Source of the DNA: Stegostoma tigrinum
Lineage: Eukaryota
Length of the DNA: 64,000 nt
Assembly: GCF_030684315.1 (NCBI RefSeq)
Contig: NC_081369.1
Coordinates: 18,187,754 to 18,251,753, forward strand
Reading direction: 5' to 3'
Shown here: one piece after another, positions 51,615-64,000 of the stretch
Layout: each line of letters starts with the position of its first letter
Numbering within the stretch: position 1 is the stretch's first letter
Notes under the pieces: generated by a model
Seen by the model: only the letters and a program-made list of their open reading frames with translations
The model's database searches: none
What the model was told of the DNA's origin: nothing
Position numbers and translations under genes: made by a program

Positions 51615-52925
51615 TCAGAGATAGCAAGAGCTGCTGATGCTGGAGTCAGAGTCAACACAGTTGAGCTGGAGGAACATAGCAGGTAAGGCAGCATCAGACG
51701 AGTAGGAAAGTCAACATTTCAGTTCGGGACCCTTCTTCAGAACTGGGGAGGGAGAAGGGAGCTGGGAAATAAATAGAGGGAGGAAGGATGGGGCTGGGGA
51801 ATGATAGGTGGGATGGTGGTAGGTAGTTGCAAGTGGGGGAGTTGGGATTGATCAGTGGGAAGGGTGGGAAAGAAGATGGGCCAGTTGTGTCAGGACATGG
51901 AGGTCGGGATGAGAGGGAGGTTTGGACATGGGATGAGGTCAGGGCTGGGGAGATTTTAAACTTGGTAAAGTCTGTGTTCAGGCCGTCGGGCTGTAGGCTC
52001 CCGAGGTGGAATATGAGCTTTTGTTCCTCCAGTTTGCGTGTGGTGTCATTGTGGCACTGGAAGAGGCCCAGGATGAATATGTCATCAAGGGAGTGGAAGG
52101 GGGAGTGAAAATGGTTAGCAACTGGAAAGTGTTGTCCATAATCACATATAGAGAGCGCAGATGCTCCATGAAAGTCTGTGCTTGGTCTCTCCGATGTGGA
52201 GCAGGAGCAACAAATACAGTAGACCAGGCTGGAGGATGTACTAGTGAACTCCTGTCTGATATGGAAAGCTCACTTTCGGCCTTGGATGGAGATGAGAGAG
52301 GAGGTGTAGGGCAGGTGTAGCACTTCATGTGATTGCAGGAAAAGGTGCTGGTGTAGTGGAGAGTGTGTGGAGGGGATGAGGGAGTCGCGGGTGAGCGGTC
52401 TCTACAAAACGCAGATAGGGGTCTCCTCTCACCCATGCCCCCCATATAAGAATGTGATCCCTTACACCTAATTCCTCCACCTCCGCCTTATCTGTTGCCA
52501 GGATGGAGCGTTCCACTCTTGGACATCCCAGATGTCCTCAGGACTGCAACACCACACCCCCCTCCCTGTGATTAAAAATGCCCTCAACCACATCTCTTGC
52601 ATTTCCCACACTGCTGCCGTAAAACCCTCTTTCCCCCCCAAACAAAAATAAAGACAAGTCCTCCTAGTCTTCAAATACCACCGCACCAACCTCTGCATCC
52701 AACATATCATTCTCCACCACTTCCGCCACCTACAATCCAACCCCACGACCAAAGAGTTTTTTTCCCTCCTTACCCCTATCTGCCTTTTAACTCCACCTCC
52801 CAATCCTGGGTGACATGTCCATCCTGGGCCACCTCCGGTGTCACAATGATACCACACACAAACTAGAGGAGCAACACATATTCTGCCTCAGGACCCGACA
52901 GCCCAATGGCTTTAACATTGAACTT
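51615..52925. mobile_element. Penelope-like element with internal inversion, adjacent to a CR1 remnant (about 50990-51610, -)
   Basis: 51615-52420 reads as Penelope on the minus strand (GIY-YIG, 3'UTR); 52420-52925 reads as Penelope on the plus strand. Confidence 0.75.
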
Positions 52926-54739
52926 CTACCACACAGATGAAATAATCTGGATGTAGGTTTGCTTGCTGAGCTGGAAGGTTCGTTTTCAGACGTTTCGTCA
53001 CCAGTACCTCAACCTGAGCTACAAATCTTCTCAAAACTCGCTAGATAAAATAATTCCAGCAATCCTAAATGTACCATTTCACCAACTCTCTTGTGCCTCA
53101 ACTCCTATTGTGTTATCAGCCTGGATAAGTCACAATTAATCTAAGTTAAAAATTGGACAGAGCACTGTGCATATTGTTGAGTTCTCAGAATAATATCCCA
53201 TCTGAATGCAGCAGCTTCCAGAATGCAGCACTCCATTTTCAGGTTCTGTAGAAGGGTTTCAGATTTGAAATGTTAACCCCATCTCTCTCCACAGTGGTAC
53301 TGCTAACTCTTTGAGTTTCTTCAGCAATTCTGTTTTTATTCACTCATTATCCTAGGTTGTACATTCAAGTTCCCTGAATTCTGTAAGTTAGGTTTCCGGG
53401 AGTATAAGGTCAGATGTACGCACACATCATACTACATCATCTCTTAGTTTGTTCCATTCTATATATAGTCAAAGGCAATGTAGAAGACTTGATGTAACAT
53501 GTTGATAAAGGCATTGGACATAAATTGAAATCATGACACTTCTGAACTTTAATTTTCCCAGCAACAACAAAAGACAATCAACTGGCACTGAGGTATCCAT
53601 CTTGACATGATGTTTTGCACTTGGAATATGGTATACCATTGTGCATCCTGGAAAATAACCTTCATTAAGTCGTTCCAGCTTCTGGGTTGATGTCCTGAAT
53701 GATGAAGCAGTACTTCTGCCAGGTGTGGATGCCTAGAATCACAGAATCCCTACAGCATGGAAGCAGACCATTTGGCCCATCAAATCTACACTGAAGAGCA
53801 TTCCACCAGACCAATTCCCTAACTTATCCCTGTAACCTTGCATTTCTTATGGCTAGTCCGCCTAACCTACACACCCCTGGACACTATAGGCAATTTAGCA
53901 TGACAGATCCACCTAACCTGCACATCTTTCAACTCTAGGAGAAAACCAGAGCACCTGGAGGAAACCCATACAGACACCAGGGAGAACTTGCCAACTCCAC
54001 ACAGATGGTCGCCAGAGGATGGTATCAAACCCAGGTGTCTGGCACTAAGAGGAAGCAGTGCTAATCACTGAGCTGCCGCGTTGCCCTATTAAAAGAAAAT
54101 GAAAGAAGTTTATTGAGTTGCAGGTATAATTTAATGAATTTGGTCAAACCCACATTAAAGCATATTGGTCATTTTTAACAATCTCAATCCTTATAAAAGT
54201 ATAATTTTTAAAATTGGGTTGTCAATCCTTCATCATTGTCCTGAGGTTTCCAGGAAATAAAGATTAATCTCCTCAAGACTGGCTCAAGGAACATGCAAGA
54301 AAATGTCACAGATGCAAGAATTATTTTCACATTTTCTTTAAACATTTTAATTTATTAATTAAAAAGGTAACGAATTGGAGGAAAGGATTGTTTTACTGAG
54401 TGGACCATTGCGAGGTGAGAGCTCTTGATCCCTCCTGGAATATGTCCAACAAAAGCCAGCAATCCTAGATCCTGCAGTTTTGGGAAATTAATTAAAGTAG
54501 TGTGAAATAGGTGAGGGAGTGGCCCAATATGAAGAGTATTTCTTTTAACAGCGACGATAGTTAGAACATGTTCTTTGTCATGGGTAGAATCTATAAGTCC
54601 TTTCCAATGGAATGAGTTAATTGCATTATTTAGTGAATATTAATGAGTATTAAACAGATAAGTAGTCCTCAGCTAGAGTGCTTACATAGGGATGATAATA
54701 ATTTGACTGCTTGCAAGGCAGCAAATTACCACTTCAGAT

Positions 54740-55130
54740 CTGTAATGTAGGAATTTGTCCTCTCGCGGCTGTTCCCTGGACAGCTGAGGTAAACATCACC
54801 TGCACCTGGAGGACCACCAACTTGTTGAAAGATGCACTTTGTCCTGTCTGAAACCTGTTGAACTTCCAGTGTAGTGTTGTCCTCGACCAAGTATTGTGGC
54901 ACTGGCACATTTCAAAACCTAACTACTGGGTGATGCACTAAAGCTTAAAGCAGCTGCTGCCAAAGCATTGTGGGAAAAGGCCACTGTCTCAGGCCTTTTA
55001 TTGCCATGTTATCCTGAGGGTCTGTTAACATATAGAAACCCTCATGACTTGTATTAGGTATGTAAATAGTTCCTTGTCATATTTGGTAAATGTTCCAATT
55101 TTGCATTTGGGTGAGGGCACCTAAAATTGC
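54740..55130 (+). mobile_element. Tx1/L1-clade LINE 3' fragment; a related inverted piece lies at about 56850-57135
   Basis: EVNITCTWRTTNLLKDALCPV*NLLNFQ resembles the W..RN...F C-terminus of L1/Tx1 ORF2. Confidence 0.55.
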
Positions 55131-55539
55131 AATTCACAAATGAGAAATTTTTTTTGTATTTTCTGAAATGTCTGACTTAAAACCTGTTTTGTGCTGTACT
55201 TATAATTGATTAAAAAAGCATATTTTTGGAAAAAAAACATTTTTTGCTGCAATACACAGAATGTGACATCAACCCAGAGTTCTAACAGCTCTTCAACTAA
55301 CTTGGCAATTGTGTATTCATAAGACACACGTATAAAAAGCTATAGAACTTTATTAAAATCTGACGTAGCTCAGTATGTTAAGTTTCTAAATTGTGCCACT
55401 TCTGCCATTCTGCTCCCAAGTATCTAAAACGGTTAGTCAACCAGTGTCTTTCGCTAAGAGCGAAGAGAACTTCTGATTGACAACTGATAGCCTCTTGAAG
55501 GGAAAATGGGCCTGAACACTGATAGAGAATCTTGGATGA

Positions 55540-55766
55540 GCAGAAATGATTTGGGTCGCTGGCGGAAACTTCAGGAAATGAACTACATTTTCCAATGGCC
55601 ATTGCGGGAATAGATGGTATCGTGACCTTGTGCTTCCGGTTGCAGGCTATCGCGACAAGTAGTTGAACGCTGAGGCGGGACGGGCGGTTGTTCGGGGCTC
55701 GGCCGTTATCAGCAGGCGTTACTGGGCCTCGTTAATACCCGGTTTATATTTGACAGCGCAGAGCAG
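55540..55766 (+). promoter_or_regulatory. CENPT: CpG promoter and non-coding first exon of probable CENPT
   Basis: CpG cluster; ACTACATTTTCCAATGGC at 55582; ETS CTTCCGGT near 55634; E2F-like GGCGGGA near 55674; donor GCAG|GTGAAT at 55766/55767. Confidence 0.6.
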
Positions 55767-58357
55767 GTGAATTAAAAAAAAAACACGGGCTAGATTGTAA
55801 CTGATTCAAAATCCCTTAATTTACGGAGAGTTCAGATTGAACGTTTTATTCAATTTCCTGCAAATACGCGCAGGTCGTTAAAGTAATCTAAACTTCCGAA
55901 AAATGACGGGAATATACGATGTTGTACTCAGGCTCGACTTTTTCTCACGTTATTGGAGGAAAAGCAGGAAAGTGGAGTTGAGATAATAAGGTGTAGAGCT
56001 GGATGAACACAGCAGGCCAAGCTATTTATCCGAGCAGTGGTGATCTCATTGAATGGCTGAGCGGACTCCATATGGTGAATGGCAGCTCCTGAGGACAGTT
56101 GTGTTTTTCGTTACCAGTGAAACTCACCGCATTACAAAGTCGGGGCCATTGAACTGAAACAGTGACGGTGATTATCTTTGGCTGTTCACCGTGTGAATGT
56201 TACTATTGCTATTCATGTCGTGTGCAGCCTGTAAGAGTATAGGTTACTGGGGTGAGCCTGGAGGATGCAACCACTGCTCAATGGAAATTGCTGGAGAAAC
56301 TCAGCAGAATCTGACAGCACGTGTGGAGAGAGAGAGAAAACAGAGTTGACATTTCGAGTCCAGTGACCCTTCTTCGGAACCGTTTTCTCTCAATGGCTTC
56401 TCCAGCGCCCACCCGCAGCTCTTTGTTTTATCTCACTGCTCGGCAGACACTGATCCTGTGGACTGACCCAGTAGCCAAGTCATGACTCCCAAAGTGGGTA
56501 AACTAACCTGATAACCAGTACCCTGACTGAGAGAATTGACCTTGTCAACCTGCGCACCAAGCAAACTTTGATGAAGGGTCTAGGCCCGAAATGTCAGCTT
56601 TTGTGTCCCTAAGATGCTGCTAGGCCTGCTGTGTTCGTCCCGTTCCACACTTTGTTACCACCAAACCTGTGATTAGGGAATTAACCTCGGAGCTGAAAGC
56701 CAACTGTGTAACCGTGGTAGTGATCTTGTAAAAAAGTGTGAATTGGTAATCTTGCCGCTGAATAATACCCAGGGCCCACTGAGCTAATTCTCACCTGGGC
56801 ATTTATTGTGTAATAGTGTCCTAGTGATTCTCTGATTCTGGCACCAAATTTTTATGTCAACATTGTACTTTATTTAGAAAAAAGTCTACAAGTACATACA
56901 AAAGACCCTAAAAACAGTTCTGTGCAGTGTTCGCAGAGCAAAAAAGAGACACAATACGTCAGAATTTGACATTCTTTAGAGTTTCCCTGCGGGTTGCAAA
57001 ACAAAGGTGTTTTCTACTTATACAGGAGCCTATTTACTTTTAGTTTGAGTCAATTTGGGATCTGGCAACTGAATATTCCCTTGTTATACTTTGGCCAAAA
57101 GATCTTAGCTGGTTGACTTTCCCCACTGTGTTCCAGTTTGCAACACACAATTTGGGCACCAAAACAAACACCCCAAGGAGCTGACTGCACGTTTTGGATT
57201 CTGACTCAATGAACTAATGCCACAAAACAGGCTTTGACCAATCAGTGAATGGGCACTGACTACTGCCAAAGTGTTTTTTAATCTTTACTTCACAAAAATT
57301 GACTGCAGTGTTTACCATCACAATTAGCTGCTCTTCCAAAATAACTGTACAGAAACTTCAGACATTCCTCCAATTATGCAGGAGATAAATGGTAACATTT
57401 TCATGAAAATGACTTGAAATTAGCTGCCTATTCTTTGGCCAGTATTGCATTAAAGATCAGATCTGTTATTACAGAAAATTCCTGTTTGCAGGCATGTTTA
57501 CAGAGGGCAGGTAATTTCAATGCAAAGTAATTAGTTTCTCAAATATTCAAAAACTATGGCAGTTTAGAATGTTTTTTTTCAGACATTGTGTTCTTTTACC
57601 AGTATATTTGCAGATTTATTTTGTTTAAAATACTGCCCCTTCAAATCAAACCTTTTGTTCTCCAATCAGGGAACTTTAAGTTCAATTTCATGAGTGCTCC
57701 TTGACTTTGCTTCATTTAACTGCCTATTTGTTTGGAGCAAGAAACGAGAATGGTGGTAGAATTTCAAATATGATGACCTTACAGTAGAATTATTAGGATG
57801 TAAATCCCATCCAAGAGCACTCCTAACAGCACTCACTAGATAATGATGAGCAGTGGAGGTGCGAGCAGTTTTTTTTTCACCTATCTTACAGGCTGAGTTA
57901 GATTTTTGTATCTTTGCCTTATTTTTGTCAGTTAAAATATTTCTCCGGCATAATAATATCAGGTGTCAAAATACCTTTAAGTGACAAAAATAAAGGCATT
58001 TCAGTTTTATTTTGGTGGGTATCAAGACAAACTGGATAATCTGAAAATTAAGCAAGTTTAAGCCTTGAAAGAACAGTCTATACATGGATTGTGTTTTGTG
58101 TTTTTGCTACTTTTTATAGTGCAGTCCATTTATGATGAATAAATGACAGGATTGAAAATATGGTTTCCAGATCAGCAAATTAGGCAAGTGATCTGATAGA
58201 AGTAGTGCTGATGCAGAGTTTTTAGTGAAAATCCAATATGCTTCTAAATTCCAAGAAGATATGAGGAATCTTCAAATTTTCTGATACAGGTCACAGGCTG
58301 GTGAAAATGATTTATGTTTATGGTTTTATTTCTGCAGACATTTTCAACACACAAGAA

Positions 58358-58455
58358 ATGGATTCTTTACCTGAGGATATGACGATGCGCACCCTAATTA
58401 AAGGCATGATTGCCGAAGAGGTTCCACAGAGCATAGTGCGTCCAGGGACACACAG
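58358..58455 (+). CDS. CENPT: Centromere protein T, first coding exon (MDSLPEDMTMRTLIKGMIAEEVPQSIVRPGTH)
   Basis: Acceptor ttttatttctgcag at 58337, donor CAG|gtaag (phase 2). T-x-RTL(I/L)(K/R) resembles the CENP-T N-terminal Ndc80-binding helix. Divergent from THAP11, as in the mammalian locus. Confidence 0.75.
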
Positions 58456-59651
58456 GTAAGAATGATATCTTGCCACGTTATATTCATCTGCTGCCTGCTT
58501 CAAGACCACCGATATAAGTTATCGTTGCTAGCAAAAATGCCTGCTCAGGCCCACACAAACGAATGAAGCATTTGAGGATACTTAATGAAGGGTCTAGCCT
58601 GAATTCATGCTTGATTTTGAATCTCCCCACTGTCAGAATTTATCAGCTGCACAGACTGCGAGGTTAAGGCATTGTCTTGAAATCCTATAGGATTCTGCTG
58701 TACAGAATCAAATTTTTCTCTCGACGTTTCTGTTTCAAGCTCTCTTGAATGTTCAAATCTGTAAACTTGGGCTGCCTTTCAGATTTTTATCTCTTGTGGT
58801 CTGAGAGCAACTTTGTTCAAGTAAATGTTTTTAACTGGGAGTTTGCCAGGTTTCGAAAGAACCAGCTCAAATGACTCCTTATGGCTTAGTTGCAGATTTT
58901 ATGGTATTTCCCCATGTCTCTGATGTTTGAGTTTTGTGTGCAATTTAGTCTGATGCTGCTATCCAGTCTAAGAATCCGAAGAAAATTGATGTTTTACTGA
59001 TGAACTCATAAATAACAGTGTAAATTGTGCATTTCTTTCTTGAGCTGCTTGTGTGCTAATGTTGCTACACAGGTCTGTGGTGCTGTGAGACGTCTGAGCC
59101 TTAACATCCCAACAAATTGAAGAAGAACTAAGAGCAGTGAATGTAACATTTTGTGCTACCTCAGAGGACAGCATGTGGGGCGCTGCAACAGTCAAGTCTA
59201 GGCTGTTGTGTATATTGATAATTTGACATTGTTGATGGGAAAACCAAGATTTTTTCTGTCACTGCCACAATATGACCATTAAAAGTCCACTTGCGCAACC
59301 GCATCAGAATTTACTGCTCAGTAAAGTTGCTGTTGAGTCCCTTCCAAAAATATAAAATCAAGTTAGCTTGTCATGTGTTATTTTCCATCGAGTACTGAAT
59401 TCAATGGTGCAAAAACGTGTGGCCACAGTGATTTGACTCAACATTTTTCAGAAAGTCTGATCAGTGGTATAGTCAGCATTGAAGGTGCACAGACAGCCAT
59501 CATGTATTCCAGTAAGAAATGTTTTTTTTCAACAAGGCTTAACAAAAACTCTATGCAGATGTAACTTAACCCACAGTTAGTGAGTTATGACATCCACAAA
59601 TCATTCTGCACCAATTATTTAGATCTTAATTATTTTTCTCTTTAAACATAG

Positions 59652-59775
59652 GCTACGGAAAAAAACAAGTACTCCCAAAAAACTCATTGATGTTCCTATG
59701 CAACAGTCTCCAAGTATGGTTCTCCGCAGTCAAATGAAAGCAAAAGTTAAAAGTTCTCAGCTAGCTGTTGCTGCT
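59652..59775 (+). CDS. CENPT: Centromere protein T, second coding exon (RLRKKTSTPKKLIDVPMQQSPSMVLRSQMKAKVKSSQLAVAA)
   Basis: Acceptor tttttctctttaaacatag, donor GCT|gtgagt. Phase-compatible with the previous exon, open frame, basic and S/T-P rich. Gene continues beyond the window. Confidence 0.72.
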
Positions 59776-59944
59776 GTGAGTAATGGACCATTTTCTGTTT
59801 CTGAATCACATCATTTTGTTTTAATGTATTGTTATAAAGAAGTTGGGTATTTAGTTATTTGAAAGTAAAATTTTCAGTAAAGTGTCTCATCATGCAGTAT
59901 ATGGTGTCATATCATGTTCTAGGATGCTTCTCTGCAGTAAACTG

Positions 59945-60110
59945 GTAGTTTGGCTCAGTTGATAGCACTCATGTCTTTGAGTCAGAGGTGATGAGTAGCC
60001 ACTGAAATGCAGAAGAGCAGCATTATTTGAAGCATTAAAACAAGGCCCCATCCACCTAATCAGTGAAGTAAGATCCTGTGACACTGAAGATAAGGAGTGA
60101 ATTTAATATC
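59945..60110 (+). mobile_element. Old Deu-domain-like SINE; related piece at about 63285-63560
   Basis: tRNA-like head plus TTAAA(A/C)CAAGG...AAGATCC core resembling DeuSINE/SacSINE1. Confidence 0.45.
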
Positions 60111-60294
60111 CATTACTTTACACTCTGATGCTTGAAATAATGGGCTTTGGAGTATGGAGAATATTAGAAACTGTCTATTTCAAGATATTTGTGTTGCAGT
60201 AGGTAACTTTGTGGAGCATATTTTGGTATCCTGGGGGCAGTGCAAGCAAGCGTAGTTATGATCTAAAAGAAACAATGCATGAGTTCATTAAACA

Positions 60295-62715
60295 ACAATT
60301 TCTAAAGAATTGCAGATGCTGAATGTCAGAAACAAATAGAGAAATTGCTGGAAAAACTCAGCCAGTCTGGCAGCATCTGTGGGAAGAAAGTAGAGTTAAC
60401 ATTTGGATCCACTAACCCTTCTTCAGAATTGATTTTAGCAAAGTAAAGCTAGGTGTATATGCTGAAGGTGGGTTGGGGACAGGAATAAATCAGCAGTGAG
60501 AATGGGAGCAGGCACCCTGAGGCAGCAGTCAGGGCAGTGTCAAACCTTGTGATGAATGCGAGCCTAGGACTGTGATGTTGAACTATGAACTGTGTTTCTT
60601 TGTTTTTTCTATGCTTTAGTAAGAAGGACTGTAATGTTTAAATTCTTGGCTTGCTTTCTTTGTTTTTCTGCTTTGTACTAAGATTCTAGGTACATTTGTA
60701 CCTAATATGGCATCGTAAGTGGTAGCTTGTAAACTTTTCACTACTCATGTGAGTGATTACATATGACAGTAAAAGCTAATTCTAATTCTAAATGATAGTG
60801 GAGAAGGAGCCCAGAGAGAGGGAAATACAAGCACACAAAGGAATGAGAAAAGGCCAGCATAGGAGAATCAGTAGTTACTAACGAAGACTATTAGTTGCTG
60901 GCAATATGTTATTTGTGGTAGCAGCCCATGTGATGTCAAGGCCTGGCTTGTGGATGTTGGAGGTAAGGTCATGGGAGAAGATGCTGAGGCCTTAAAATTT
61001 TTGAATTCTAATGAGTTCCGAAGGTTGCAGGGTCTCCAAGCAGAAAATGTGCTGGTGGCATGGTGGCTCAGTGGTTAGGCGCAGAATTGTAATTCACAGC
61101 GCCAGGAATCTGGGTTTGATTCCAGCCTACGGTGACTGTGCATGGAGCTTGCATGTTCTCCCGGTGTCTGTGTGGGTTTCCTCCCAGTGTCCAAAGATGT
61201 GCAAGTGAGGTGGTAATGTCAAGTTTGTTTTTGGAGACCCTCACGGACTTGCTGCAATAACAAGACACTGACCTGTTTAGAAAAACACAAATCCTTTATT
61301 ACCAAGCAAGTACAAGCTGTGGAGGATCACTGTACTTAACCCGGCACAGAGTGCAGCGTCTCGCAAGTAATTCTCCCCGAGTAGCAGACAGTCCCCGCTT
61401 TGTATACTTTGCTAAGTACATGATACATTAAAAAATTTCACATTTCACAATGACATGATACGTGAAACAATTATTACAACAGTCAAAGACAGGATACCAA
61501 ACAATTATTACATCAAGAACATAAAAGACCAGGATATAGTATTGATTGCTAGTGAAGTGTCTGCTAATGGCAGGACGCGATTTCACGTTGTAATCGGGAC
61601 AGATTGTGATTTCAAGTTGATGGTGTGTCTGGCTAGAGCAAAGTCAGTGCCCTGGCCCTGGCCCCTTTGTCATGCTTCAGAAGTCTCACACCTTTACAAA
61701 TGTTCCTTACTTAACCTTATTTGAGACAGTTTAATTCTGATTTTATTCAGTCAGGAAGATTAAGACAGTGTCTGCATACCGATGTGTGGGAAGATAAAGA
61801 GTTACAAAGTCTTACACTGAGTTCCTAGCTGGGCAGGAAGCTTCAGGGCAGTGCCTGCATACCTATGTGTAGGCAGATAAAAGACTTTAATTTATAAAGT
61901 ATAAAAATCAATGGGATGTTATCCCATTAACATCTCAGTATGGCCATTCTAAATTGCTCTTTGTGTCAATGGATCTGCAGGCTGTTTGGATTAGCCAGCA
62001 TAAATGTGGGGTTTATGGGGATAGGGTGAGGGTCTGGATCTGGGTCGTGTGCACTTTGCAAGGTTGGTGAAGACTTGATGGACGAAATTGCCTCTTTCCG
62101 CATTATAGGTGTTTTACAATTCTGTGAAAATGAGATGCTGTTCTTCCAGCTTGTGCTGCGCTTTGCAGGGGCAATGCGGCAAGCCTGAGACGGTGATGTT
62201 GACCAGACAACATAATTGTGTGTTGATGTGGCATGCAACAGGAAGCTCAGGATCGTTTTTGCAGACACAACGTAGGTGTTTTGCAAAGCAGTTGCTCTGT
62301 CTGTGTTCATCTCCCCAGTGTAGAGGAGACTAGATTGAGTGAAGTGCAAGTAAATTGTTGCTTCATCTGGAAAGTATTCATCTAGGCTCTTGGATAGTGA
62401 GGAGGGAGGATAAATGAGCAGGGATTTCACCTTCTGCAATTGCATGGGAAGGTGCTGTGTGGGGAAGTGTTGGGAATGGAGGAGGAGTGGATCAAAGTGT
62501 CTTGGAGGGAACGGTACTTGTAGAATGCTGACGAAGGAGGGGAGAGGCATATACGTCTGGCCATGGCATCCCACTGTGGATGGTAGAAATGGCAGCTAAT
62601 GATCCTTTTCCTTGCTTCAATCAGTTCTGAACTTAAAACGTTAACTCTGCTTTCTTACCACAGATGCTGTCTAATCTGCTGAGTTTCTCCAGCAATTTCT
62701 GTTTTTGTTTCTGAG
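60295..62715 (-). mobile_element. Penelope-like element with inverted termini hosting nested insertions
   Basis: Terminal segment at 60305-60428 is inverted at 62625-62715; GIY-YIG remnant at 62125-62400. Confidence 0.7.
61217..61937 (-). mobile_element. Solo LTR of an endogenous retrovirus-like element
   Basis: TGAGA...TGACA termini on the minus strand; 4-bp flanks GTAA/GTAT; AATAAA (about 61295) and a TATA-like box (about 61402) on minus; duplicated 35-bp unit in U3; cleanly splits a SINE. Confidence 0.75.
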
Positions 62716-63887
62716 TTCATTCTGTTCCATTATAATACGTCAAGATGGAAGTGTGAATATGTTGAAAGTGGGTCCGGAGTTTCATAGATCATAGAAGATC
62801 ATCGAATGCCTACAGTGTGGAAACAGGCCATTCAGCCCAACAAGTCCACGCCGTCCCTCCGAAGAGCATCCCACTCAGACCCATCTCCTGCCCCTACATT
62901 TCCCATGTCTAACCCACCTAATCTAAACATCCCTGGACACTATGGGCTATTTAGCATAGCCAATCCACTTAACCCGCACATCTTTGGACTGTGGGAGGAA
63001 ACCGGAGCACCCAGAGGAAACCCACACAGACACAGAGAGGATGTGCAAACTCCACACAGTCGTCCGAGGGTGGAATGGGACCCGGGTTCTTGGAGCTGTG
63101 AGGCAGCAGTTCTCACCACTGAGCCACCGGTGTACAGGTTTCCGATAAAGATGTTGCAATCCCTCCCTTATTAAGTGAGCACAACTCAAGAAAAACAAAA
63201 CAAAACTAGAAATTGTGCTGTGCTATCAAATGAAATCAACTGCATTGACCCTTTATAACTGTTAAATTTTTATTATTAATTGTTGTCCTTGGCTCAGGGA
63301 TCGTTCACTCCACTCTGAGTCAAGAGATTTTTGATTTTGATTTTGATTTTCCAGATATTTGAGCAAATAAATTAGGCTGCTACTTTCTTGCTGTCCAAAG
63401 TAAAGCTTCATTAAACCAAGGTTTCATTGCTGGCTCAGATAAAAGATCCCAAAAGCACGCTCTCAATATCTATTTACCCCTTAGCACTCAATATTAAAAT
63501 CACCTGATCATTTATTTCATAACTATTTGTGGAAAGTTACATGAGGAAATTGGCCATCGCCTTTAGGGTTCTGTAAATTATTCAGATTTTTATTTGAGTT
63601 CCTATCTCGGCAATAAGTTGACAGATAGTAGTTTCAGTGTATTTTTTAGTCAAGCTGTTCAAAGATATTATAGCACACCTTTGGAGCAGGTGGGATTTGA
63701 ATTTAGGCCTTGCTGACTCTTGGCTAGAAGTAGGGACACTACCATTGCACTACAAGAGCCCTACAGTAGTTTTGGTGCATCAGATTAAGATAATTTATTG
63801 AGTATTAAAGCAATTCTTAACAATCAGCCAATAATTTGAATCACATATGGCTTTTACTTCCTGAAACAGCTTGCACACAAGTTGGGG

Positions 63888-64000
63888 TAAAAGGTGTCGA
63901 GCTGGATGAACACAGCAGCCCAAGCAGCTTCAGAGGAGCAGGGAAGATGACGTTTCGGGCCTAGACCCTTCTTCAGGTGCGAAATGTCAGCTTTCCTGCT
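63888..64000. mobile_element. Penelope-derived palindromic insert, cut by the window end
   Basis: Same terminal sequence followed by the start of an inverted arm (CGAAATGTCAGCTTTCCTGCT). Confidence 0.75.

Overview
Eukaryotic, AT-rich, repeat-dense vertebrate DNA. The repeat families (HE1-type SINE, HER1/CR1 LINEs, Penelope-like elements) point to a cartilaginous fish (shark); this is inferred, not determined. Genes: intronless THAP11/Ronin (47991-48644, -), and the divergently oriented 5' end of a probable CENPT (non-coding exon 1 near 55.7 kb, coding exons at 58358-58455 and 59652-59775). A bidirectional CpG promoter at about 2.3-3.3 kb drives a minus-strand gene that leaves the window (NUTF2 by synteny only). 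The rest is mostly decayed CR1, L2, Rex/Babar, Tx1, Gypsy, ERV-LTR, SINE and Penelope copies, often nested, and most ORF-track entries are TE fragments or noise. Most unusual item: a TSD-flanked chimeric retrocopy of 5S rRNA fused head-to-tail to a full-length RPL31 mRNA (about 9016-9561, -). Also notable: many short, often palindromic Penelope-derived inserts ending at a hammerhead-ribozyme-like core, THAP11/ZNF143 motifs at all three promoters including THAP11's own, a recent 224-bp local duplication, and a possible unannotated spliced transcript at 31-41 kb. Repeat boundaries were read by eye and are approximate.
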